Source of the DNA: Psilocybe cubensis
Lineage: Eukaryota
Assembly: GCA_017499595.2 (NCBI GenBank)
Contig: CM039004.1
Location: forward strand, 1,798,001 to 1,862,000
DNA: 64,000 nt
Direction: 5' to 3'
The position numbers and the translations under genes were made by a program. Below, piece by piece: positions 53,396-64,000 of this stretch (within the stretch, counting starts at the first letter, position 1; every line of letters begins with the position of its first letter). The notes under the pieces are model-generated. The model was not told the DNA's origin, searched no databases, and was given only the letters and a program-made list of their open reading frames with translations.

Positions 53396-56300
53396 ATGGA
53401 CAAACCACTGGGGCCTCGCCAACCACCTCCAGATAAGCGCCATGCCGCCTACGAGTCCATCTTTGGCCGCCCCAATCCCCCGCCCCAGCCCTATCCTGCC
53501 TATCCCCCCCACAACGCCCCATACCCTTATCCCGACAGGCGCACCTCCTACAATCCACCGCCCCAGGGTCTCGTCTACCAGCATGGACAGCAGAGGCAGA
53601 CTTACTACCCGCATCAGCAGCAGCAGTCGCTTCCAATGCAACCCCAGTTTCCGCCATTTGTTTCGCCCTACCAGCAGTTCCAGCCGTCGCTCGCACCGCC
53701 CCCTCATCAGCCCTTGTCCAGAGGCAGATCTATCAATTCAAACTCATCGGAGTATGTAGCATCCCATCCAGGCGATCTTGAGCCTCAGCAAGGCCTCACC
53801 CCTGCCCAGGCATATCAGGCGCAGATCTACACAAATGCTCCCAATTCTGCCCAGAGCCCCTGGCCCGGTCCCAGCAGGCTCTCTGCTGCACCTTCCACCA
53901 GGTCGGCTGCACCAACGCATGATTTGCCCCGCATAGGCATCAGTCTCGAACACGATGATGGTCGTCTCGGCGTGGATTTCTCATCTGGCGAGCAAGATGA
54001 TAGTAGCAGTGGCAGTGAGCTTCCGTGGGCGCGCTCAGAGCCTTCAAGTATGTTCATTCTTTCAATCGTTTTATCTCGTTTTCTTGAACCTCCTCACAGT
54101 ACCAATGCGGCAACAAACTCTATCTCGCCAGCACCTGCGCCAGCCTTCTGCATCTGATCCTGTTCATCCTGTGCGTCATTCGTTTCCAGTCCGTGTTCTC
54201 GTCTACATGTTTCATTCTCTCATATAGGTCATACCCCTGCATGTGGATACATTTTCTCCCCGTTCTTCCATTGCCACTGCTTCTCCCTCGCCGGGTTCTG
54301 GCGCCGATCACTCGGTCGTTTCGAGTACGCTTGTGGACCATAATTCCAACCGCCGCTCTTCTGATTCAGCTCGCACAATGCCCAAGTTCACCAACAATAA
54401 CAATCAACGCCGCGATCGTACTTCTCAAGATCGATCTATGTCCATGTCCGCAGTCCGTCCACTCACAGACCCAAAACGTACTTCAGGGAGGACTTCTCCC
54501 ACATCTATTCGTGCACCACCCGTCAGAAAGACGCCCATCGTATACCCCGCCCTCCTATCTCGTGTTGCACAAGCCTTTCGCGACCGTATACCCATCACTG
54601 ATCGTGTCAAAGATGGTCTAACCTATAAAGATTCGTTTGATGGCCGCGAAGCAGTTGATAAAATTGCGTATATCATCAAAACTACGGACAGAAACTTGGC
54701 TCTCCTCCTCGGTCGCGCTCTTGATGCTCAAAAGTTTTTTCATGATGTCACTTACGATCATCGCCTACGTGATAGTGCAAACGAGCTTTATCAGTTCCAG
54801 ACCAAAATGCCTAGCCCGTTTGTCAGTGGTGAACTCCAGAATGGCCAGGGGACTCATCCGAATGCACTCAACAGTGCTCATTTCGAAAACTCGAACTCTT
54901 TCTTTGAGGTAGGTTTCGTCGCACAAAAGAAATCTATTTTGCACTTTTCTCACATGTTACAGGGAGATCACGATTCCCCATCACCGTCACCCTTGAATCA
55001 AGTCCCGAAAGATTCCCTCAATACAGACGAAATTGCCCTACCTTCAGGAGTTTTCACGCTGCTTACAGACTGTTATTCCCCAACATGTTCTCGCGATCAG
55101 TTATGTTACAGTATAGCTTGTCCCCGAAGGCTAGAACAGCAAGCGCGACTGAACATGAAACCACAACCAGGGTTATCAAAGCAGATAAGCAAAGATAGTC
55201 TTAATGATGTTCCAGTAAGTTTTTTAAAAAATCTAAAGCTTCACGTCTGACTGTCCAGAACAGCAGGATGCCGGCACATTGTGGATTCACTCAGTACCTC
55301 AAGAAATTGTGAACAGCGTTTCAGATACCGAGAAGAAGCGCCAAGAAGCCATCAATGAGGTCATATATACCGAACGGGACTTCGTTCGCGATCTGGAATA
55401 TTTAAGAGATGTAAGCATACATCCATGTTAACAGCTCTTTCTCCTTTATGGAAGCTTATTCGACGCGGTTTACCCCTTTTCTTTTCTTGAGGTCTGGATC
55501 AGTAAACTCAAGGAAGAAGACATTATTCCAATGGATCGCCGCATGGAGTTTCTTACACGCGTATTTTGGAATATCCATGACATCATTGCGGTCAACACGC
55601 GACTGAGGGATGCTCTCTCAAAGAGACAAAAGCAGTATGCAGTGGTTGATCGGATAGGTGACATCTTTTTGGACGTTGTGCCGCATTTCCGGCCTTTTGT
55701 TTCGTATGGTGCTCATCAACTCTACGGCAAATACGAATTTGAGAAGGAGAAAAATACGAATCCAGCCTTTGCACAGTTCGTGGAGGTGAGTTATATATTT
55801 GCAACGGGACTGAATTAGTTAGCTCATCATTTACCATGATCAGACGACAGAGCGGCTTCCGGAGTCGCGGAAGTTGGAGTTAAATGCATACTTGACCAAG
55901 CCTACAACACGACTGGCGCGTTATCCATTGCTGCTTGAGGCGGTTCTCAAGCATACTCCAAATGACAGCAGTGACAAGAAGGCCCTTCCAGAGGTGATTT
56001 CCATCGTGCGCGATTTCTTGGCCAAGGTCAATACGGAGACAGGCAAAGCCGAGAATAGGTTCAACTTGTTACAGCTAGATCAGCAACTGGTGTTCAGGCC
56101 TGGAGAGGAGGTGGTGAGTGATTCACATCCATTCTGGCTTGATGTCTGCATAGCTAATGTGAGCATACCATTTATAGGATCTAAGATTGCGCGAAGAGGG
56201 TCGAGAAATGGTGTATAAAGGGGGGCTGAACAAACGGGATGGAGAAATACAGGTTTATCTGTTTGACCACGCACTGTTGTTCACGAAGCAGATCAAGACA

Positions 56301-58253
56301 AAACAGCATGAACAGTACAAGGTCTACAGACGGGTGTGTTTATTCTCTCAAAGAGTATGAATATTTATAACTGATCATATTTCGGTAGCCAATACCATTA
56401 GAGTTACTTCTAATTACAGCCGCACCTATCGAAGAGAACACCGCGACGGTTCGGTCGCAGCAACGCAAGACGCAGGCTCTCGTACGTAAATCCTCCTTCG
56501 ACAAAGGCCGGGGCGTGCCAGGTGTTGTTTCCGCTGTGGCGATCAAGGGCGAGAAGGGTCAGCACTGGATTAACTTCATCCACCTAGGGAGGAAATTTTA
56601 TAATCTCATGCTGTGGTCGTCGTCGCCGGTCACTCATCGAAAGTGGTTAGAAGTCATCTATAAGCAGCAGCAAATCATGAAAGAGAGAAGTGTCATTTTT
56701 GATACGGTAACTCTCAGTGAGGGTTTCTTCTCAGGGCCTAACAAAGTGAACTGTGCTGCTCCTTACAGTGAGTTTTCTCAGTCACTCTCTCGGTATATGG
56801 ATGATATTCATTTTGAGCGTCGGTAGGCGGTGGACGAAGGGTTGTCTATGGTACCGACGATGGCGTTTATTTGTCTGATCTGAGGGAACCGAATCAAGAA
56901 CCTGTAAAGGTGTTGGCCCTACTTGACGTCCTCCAGGTTGATGTGCTAGAGGATTATCAACTTCTTATAGTGCTTTCTGGTATGAGGGTTTCTTTTGCGT
57001 GCATGCACATCGGACTGATCACTGCTACTTAGAACGGCAGGTCATCACGTTCCCACTGGAGGCATTGGATCCATTAGACCCCATGGCAGGCCTGAAGCGT
57101 GCAAAACGGATATCATCGCACACTTCTTTCTTTAAAGCTGGCTTTTGCTTGAACAGAGTACTGGTTTGCATTGTCAAATCCAGTCAGCTATCGAGCACTT
57201 TCAAAACATTGGAACCTATTGATCAGAACATTCGTGGGAGGGCAAAGCCAACGTTCAAGAAATTGTTGCAAGGTGGCAATGACACTCTCAAACCGTTCCG
57301 AGTAAGTCGATCTCAGCCTTTGGTTCATCCTCAATACGCCAATGATATACTGAATGCGATCTGCTTTTCTTGTAGGAGTTCTATATCCCGGTTGAATCGA
57401 CATCTATACATTATCTGAAGACGAAGATGTGTGTGGGCTGTTCCAGAGGTTTTGAGATCGTCGATCTGGAGAGTTTGGATACTCAAGGTCTACTTGATCC
57501 CAACGACGAGATGCTAGAATTCGTGAGGAAGAAGGAAAACTTGCGACCGATGGCTATTTACCGAATACACAACGATTTTTTGCTATGTTACGATGGTAAG
57601 CTTGCTTTTTTCCTATGACTTTCAGGTAGCATAATCTTTTACTTTAGAATTTGCTTTTTACGTTAATAAGAGCGGCCGTCGATCGCGGAAAGACTTCATG
57701 GTTCATTGGGAAGGCACGCCAACTGGATTTGGTAAGGACATCGTCTACGTTTTGATGTGGCTTTCTTCCTCACACGCTCGTGCCTGTGCCTTTAGCGCTT
57801 CATGAACCATATGTGCTGGCGTTTGAACCAACCTTTGTGGAGGTTCGACACATTGACACTGGGCTGATGTCTCAAGTGATTCAAGGTTCGAATCTTCGAC
57901 TACTGTTTGCGGATACGCCCCCGTCAGTGACAAATTCTTCGACGCTGCTCAACCAGCAAAATATGTATCAGCAAGGGTTTGTTTCAACTATTTTACTTTT
58001 CACCATTGACGGGACGTGTTGACATTTTGTTCGTAGGATATACAACAACCCCTATGGACAGTATCCTGGACATCCACATCATCCATATCCTGACCAGTAC
58101 CCACGTCACCCACAGGGCGTGGGGAGAGATGAAATTTTGATAGTGTCGGACGACCGAGTCCTTGCTCTACGCCCGCGAGGCGGAGCTGTAGGAACGACTC
58201 AGAACCAGCGGTACATGCCAGACAATCTGTCGATGTCTTCGATACCTCGATGA
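53396..58253 (+). CDS. ROM2: Rho1 guanine-nucleotide exchange factor (DEP-DH-PH-CNH), Rom2-type
   Basis: VYPALLSRVA, DEP (FDGREAVD...DRNLALLLGRALDAQKFFHDV), CYSPTC, DH (RQEAINEVIYTERDF; KPTTRLARYPLLL), CNH; TGA at 58251-58253. Confidence 0.92.
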
Positions 58254-58833
58254 TTTGTTTTTTTTTTATTTCTTTGTGCCAACAATGAGAGGAAGTTGTT
58301 TATGTAAGATCTGCTGGATGAAGTCTCTTCTCCTTGTCGTTTTTGTCGGATACATCTGTGTAGTCATAATTCATTAGCTTTGTTGTTCAATTAGTGTTCT
58401 AATAATTTTTTCGAAATGTGCTACTAGTATCATAAGCGGGTTCGCACAAAGCGATGTTCGTATATCATGGTCTGCGGACAGGCCGTTGGGCGGCGATAAC
58501 TACCCGAAGGTGATTGGAAAATGGCAAATAACAAGAATAAATTCATCCTTGAAAAAACGCAGACGAGGCGTTCAAGTCGCTTTTTATGCCGTTTTAGCTG
58601 CGTGATTGACGCTGGGAACAGAAGCTTCGTTGAGTAGATATATGAGATCTTAGCGCTCGCTGGTCAGCCAGTTGAAGCATTGACCAATTGTCTTGGCATT
58701 CTGATGCCCAGCACAAGCTAGACAGAACCCAGATGGGTTGAGGCGCAATTCTGTCCTCTTTTTCTTCCCCCCATTGTCCTCTTTTTAATCTTCTGCGCAT
58801 CGACGCAGTCTACTTTCGTTTAATCTTACAGTC

Positions 58834-60983
58834 ATGAAGTTTTATACCCTAGCTGTCTTTACTGCTCTATCGTTCTCATCCATCAGTGCACATTCTCTTA
58901 ACCCAAGACATAATCTCTATGCTAAGAGACAAACTGGTATCCCCGGCTCTTCCGCAAATGGACCCCCAGCTCCACCGACAGCTACTGCGTCGTCTGTACT
59001 AAGCTCTGCATCTGTGATGCCCAATCCTACTACCAGTAGTAGTAGTACTGCGAATATTCTACCTCCGGTCGACTCTTCGTCGACTTCGACCAGCATTTCA
59101 GCATCCTCGACATCATCAGAGAAGCCGACGGGACCGCCTCCATTGGCAACTTGGACCGGCGTTCCTCCTCTGGAAAGCATCACTCTCGGAATGCCAACAA
59201 GGCCCATTCCACCAGTCACCGCCACCTATGCCCCAGGTGCCAGACCACCTATAGCTGGAGCTCCTGTCCTACCTACTGGACGTGCGTTTCCATATTCATT
59301 GGACACAACAAAATGTTAGATTTGACACTGACGCGATCACGTTATCCTAGTCGTCCAGGGGTCATGGCCCCCAACAGATCAAATTCCGGATACCAGTGAG
59401 TTTTTGATGTAAAATTACGAACCCTCGCGAGACACGCGTCGACGTGCATCAACTTTAGACTCGAAGGAAGTCCGAGCGTGGATGAAGGAGCTTGATGGAT
59501 TCAAGATACCCGACCTTGCTCCAACCGTTGATGGTTCATGCGGTGGTGATCCCGCTGCTGCTGCTGCTGCCGCTCAGCGAGGATGGTGGACCTGTGGAGG
59601 ATATACACGTAGCACTGGTACGTCTTCAATTCTCGTCCTTGATTCTATGCTTACCTTTGCGCAGACATCGTATCTTGCCCGGATAAAAACACTTGGGGTG
59701 TAAGGTATGTCGCCCTACATTTTTATCCGTTGTTGCTGACTGACACGGGCATATCAGCTTCGACGACGGGCCATCCGTCTACAGTAAGTCGCGTAACTTC
59801 CCCTTATAATTTTTCTGTGATCTAACTTTGTTCAGCTCCGTGAGTATTCATTTAGTTGTGTCTTACGCCTATCTGACATTTTTGGCTCCGCAAGATACGT
59901 ACTCGACTACCTGAAACAAAAAAATCTCACCGCAACTTTCTTCGTCGTTGGTTCTCGTGTTGTTCAACACCCCGCTATTCTGATTGAAGAGTACATGGCC
60001 GGCCATGAAATCAGCGTTCACACTTGGTCCCATAGTAAAGTATGTGCTGAGTGGCATTGCTTTTTTTGTCCTATTTTTTTAACTATGATCTCTAGCCATT
60101 GACCTCTCTGACCAACGAGCAAATCGTGGCTGAGCTGGGCTGGACTCGGCGAGTCATCAAAGATGTTCTTGGTGTTACACCGACAACAATGCGACCTCCT
60201 TGGGGTGACATCGGTGGGTTTCATATATTCCTGTGTCCACGGTTTGAATGACTAATTCGATTATAAAGATGACCGTGTTCGCGCAATCTCTATGGCAATG
60301 GGTATGGTTCCTATTATGTGGACTGCCACTCCCACCGGAAATAAATTTGACACCAATGGTGAGGTGACTCTTAAGATTATAGTAAACCTAAGCTGACGAC
60401 ACCTTATCAGACTGGATGGTTGCTGGCGGCAGTGTCAACGGCTCTGAATCATTCAAATCCTTCCAGTCAATCCTGACTCAAGCATCAACCCTGGAAACGG
60501 GGTAATTTATGCCTTTAGCTTTCTTCTGTCATTTCACTTACAATATCCTACCAGATTTATTGTTTTACAGCATGACCTTTCTGAGTTGACTGTTGATCTC
60601 GCAGTTGGATACACTCTAGAGGCCGCTCTTTCTCATGTTCCAAGGTTCAATGTAAGTAGCCATCATAATATTTAGGGACCCATCTCATCAGGAATTATAT
60701 GCAGCTGGAACCCATTGGCCAATGCCAGCACTTCCCTAAGGCAAATCTTTACCTTGAGACCAACCTGAACCAAACCTTCCCATTCCGAAATCAATCAGCT
60801 GGAGGTGTCGACGTATCTGGCGACGGTACAGTAGACACAAAGTCTGGAGACGGTGGCTCAACGGCAGCCGATGTCAGCAAAGCCAATGCCGACTCTCCTA
60901 TCAGCGCCGCTGTTTCGACTAATATACCCCTTCTGAGCTGTTTGACAGTGGTCGTGTGTGCAGTGATGAGCATCTTGCTCTAA
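58834..60983 (+). CDS. secreted, GPI-anchored-type chitin deacetylase (CE4)
   Basis: Signal peptide, S/T/P-rich region, SFDDGP, HEISVHTWSH, MRPPWGD, DTNDW, LQHD, hydrophobic C-terminus. Confidence 0.9.
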
Positions 60984-62420
60984 GTACGAGTAATTGTTGT
61001 AGTGTTATCTTTGTCTGATGTTTTATCCTGTTCGATGATTCCAACTTTTATGAACTGACGTTACAGAATGTTATGTAGGGAATCATCAAAGGACTCTTTC
61101 TCCAGTTTTCTGCTCAAAGGCTTCCGTAGCAATACATTACTAGGATTATGTGGACATTCGTTGTGACTGAATAGTATTTTTATTGTTCGTGAAAATTAGT
61201 TATGCTAAGTATACCGAGACTTCTCGAAGCAGACAGCTAACGGCAATAACGGAACAAATCAGCTTTAGCCTTTAGGCCATCATTTCATCAATTGAAATAC
61301 ACGCATTCCAAAATTGGTAATGTTGTTACCATTACGAGTAAGCCAAGCAACAATATTTAATTAGAACGCCAGAAAAAGTTATGACAGTTAGAGATATCAA
61401 CTGGTATCAAATAGTACGTTACCGCCAACTGCAATCATGTCAATTATAGAAACGGAGGAGTATGTTTATGCAATGAAATACCCTAGATGTAAGAGAGAGA
61501 AAACGTGAGTGTGGTTACCCCCGAGTCCCCTACACTGAGGGAGAGCTAATTAATGTTGTGTAAGAGACATATACCGTATTGATGAACATCGAGAACGGTG
61601 AAATGGATCTGTCTATATGGTTATCAGGATTATACAGTTATTTCGGGGATAGATGCCTCGTAATCTTATAAGATATACGAACTGAGCAAAGTACGTCTTG
61701 GTCAGAGGTCCCGGAAAACATTTATACACAATTATACATATATTTATGATTGTCTCATAAGTTGTTACAAGTGGCCATGGTTTTTTATTCCGATAAGCCA
61801 ATGCCGGGGTTGTCCAATTTGCGCGCAAAAGCGGTTTATCACGGTTGGGCATTGTCATGAACGACGAATGTCGATAGATCTGAGAAGATCCTTGCTTGTA
61901 TTCAAATTTTCAGTAATAGAATCATGGCCTTTATGACCGTCAATTTGACTACCTATAAGAAAAAGTAGCCTGTTTCACTGGAATCTTCTGATCAACATGG
62001 GGAGACCGCTGCGCTGCCAGCGCCACGCCGGTACGCACTACCTCTTGGACGCGTAGTGTACACGCCGTTTTAGATTCTCTGGAAATTATATTTAAATGTA
62101 TGAAACATATAAACTTGCTACATAAACCAGATTTTAATGTCCGGGAGCATTTGGACATTATTTGGATTGAAGCTGGTCTTTGTATACAGGATTCTAACGT
62201 GCTCAGAGCAACGTATGTGGGACTGATCATTTTTAACGCAGATAGTATATGAGACTCAACATTTTATATACAGAATAAATGTACAATCCGGCAACCATAT
62301 AACCATAAGCCAAAAGATAGGGTTTCTTTCCCGACGGCTTGTAAGCAACGGTCGAAGATAGGAGAAGGACTGCCGAAAATTGTGTCTGATGGTTTGTGAT
62401 GAAGGAAAAGAGGGCGGGCA

Positions 62421-63008
62421 TTATGTGTTAATGCGAGGAAGTCCGTTTGGGGAGCAATAAGCGCTTTGTCCCAGCAATTCCACGAAATCCGCGGCATTCA
62501 AAAAATCGACGGAAACCGGAACGTCAACTGGTGCGGGCGTAGTAGGTCCTTCTGAGCAATGCTCGTCCCTGTAGCAATATCTTAGTTTTAGATTGTAATT
62601 CCAACTGAACGACTGAAGGAAAAGGAGACACATTGAGATTCAAGAAATATTGGGCACTCACGCGAATACATAGCACGATGCAGGTTGGCAAAATACGGCG
62701 TTCGCGATTGTTTTCCCGTTCTTTCGCCACGGGACACATTGATTATATTGAACCACTTCTGGCGGCCCTTCTCCGTAACGAATGCCTGCAAACTTCATAT
62801 AGTTGAATATTGACAACTGTATCATTAGAAAAGGGAATGAAAATATAGGACATACAACTAGCTTTGGATCAGCAGCTTTACATGCGTCGTATAGCTCAGC
62901 ATCCTTCTCCAGGCTAACATCAGGTCCTACTACGCCAGGAATTGTGGTCGATATAGCTGAAGACGCTGAAGCTAGTAGCGCTACAATTTGAACAAAAAGC
63001 TTCAACAT
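62421..63008 (-). CDS. small secreted cysteine-rich protein (about 151 aa, 6 Cys), unknown function
   Basis: Signal peptide MLKLFVQIVALLASASSA; exons 63008-62856, 62816-62662, 62568-62421 join in frame; TATAAAA about 80 nt upstream. Confidence 0.65.
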
Positions 63009-64000
63009 AGCGAATAAAAAGACAACTGATCCGCAAGAGACGAAACGGATTGGTGATGATGAAGGTGGGTACCACGATGGCTTGTCCATTTTATACTTGG
63101 CTCAACAACTGGATTCATAATCGTAAGACTTGAAAAGGTCGCGACGCGAGGGCTGAGGTAGTAGTAGTGGAGGGAAGCGGCGTTCTAGTTCGAAAAGACG
63201 CCAGAATATACTTTAGGAAGGCCTAATAGTTGACTAGAAGACAGTGAAAATCAAAGATCAAACCTGGTTAGTGGGGAAGAGCCACACAAATTAAAACCTC
63301 GGAAGCGAAGGTAGGTTCCAAAACAACTAAAATATTGTGGAGACATAAGAAATTAACAAGAATATGCCCCCTTATAATTTCCCGTCCGGAGAAATCGACT
63401 TGGAGAGACGATATAACACAAGATTGTTACGGTTGTGTGATTTACATATTGATACCGCATACACCACTTCCGAAATACGGCGTGTAGCTAGAATTTGCCA
63501 TTACCATGATTCAAGGAAACCAGAGTCGAAAAACAACGATTTCACTTATTTTGGTTTAACGCACAGAATTCGCAAACCATGATGACAGAGGATAAATTCG
63601 GGCGATAAGAGTATCCACTCCCCTGTCGGTTGAAGAAGTTTGACCGAGTAGACGATAATAGCACAGAAATTGGCCTGCATAAATTACCACATTAATACAT
63701 CCATAGTTAATTGCACATTGAAGACATCTCACTATGCTAGGTTTCTCAGTACTGAGTCGGCGCTTCCGAGCCCTTTTGAACCTCTTCTTTGTTGTACGAG
63801 TTCAAGACCTGTCATGACACGCGGTTAGTATGTGTCGCAAATTCTGCAAAATGTCGTAAAACACCAACATGCAGCTAAGCTTTAAAATCGGTGTTGCGTG
63901 AATGGACAGTGTTGGAATTTTGATCTCCAGGGTTTATGACAGCCTCGCACACTGACAGAGGATTGCCGCCTACATGGGAACAAGGTGGGAAAGGCGAGAG

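Noticed and set aside
53396-60983. ROM2-type GEF next to chitin deacetylase as a cell-wall gene cluster
   Set aside because: Two adjacent genes with loosely related roles and no shared regulatory evidence; adjacency alone is insufficient.
62233-62421. 62-aa hydrophobic ORF whose ATG overlaps the upstream stop (TAATG)
   Set aside because: Looks like T-rich 3'UTR; a stop-start overlap alone is weak evidence in a fungal nuclear gene.
62569-62661. Possible nested intron (stwintron) in the 93-nt intron
   Set aside because: Removing the inner GT-AG segment does not recreate a credible donor site.
61000-64000. Gene-poor right end inspected for tRNA, snoRNA, LTR or TIR elements
   Set aside because: No cloverleaf, convincing C/D box pair, long direct or inverted repeat, or transposase/RT motif visible by eye.

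Overview
Gene-dense, intron-rich eukaryotic DNA from a mushroom-forming basidiomycete (Agaricomycete-like: mostly 50-60 nt GT-AG introns with CTRAY branch points; the taxon is inferred, not proven). About 28 protein-coding genes can be reconstructed. Most are housekeeping: ERV1, ZIP zinc transporter, zf-HIT protein, DBP9, GUT1, GH47 mannosidase, ANTH adaptor, NASP/SIM3 histone chaperone, PRO2, ATP1, bL21m, PRP40, MMS19, two SAM methyltransferases, RPF1, carnitine acetyltransferase, EXPERA protein, TRM82, ROM2-type GEF and chitin deacetylase. Accessory genes are two tandem RBR E3 ligases, a CFEM/GPI protein, an FAD monooxygenase, an F-box protein and a small secreted Cys-rich protein. The standout is the second RBR gene (7363-10047). 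It appears to fuse a herpes-tegument-like (peptidase C76/VTD-type) deubiquitinase domain, a repeated helical linker with possible ubiquitin-binding motifs, an intact RBR ligase and a C-terminal CaaX box, which makes it a candidate membrane-anchored ubiquitin-editing enzyme. No rRNA, tRNA, CRISPR or recognisable transposon was seen. CDS coordinates run from start to stop codon including introns; exon joins were made by eye and no database searches were run.
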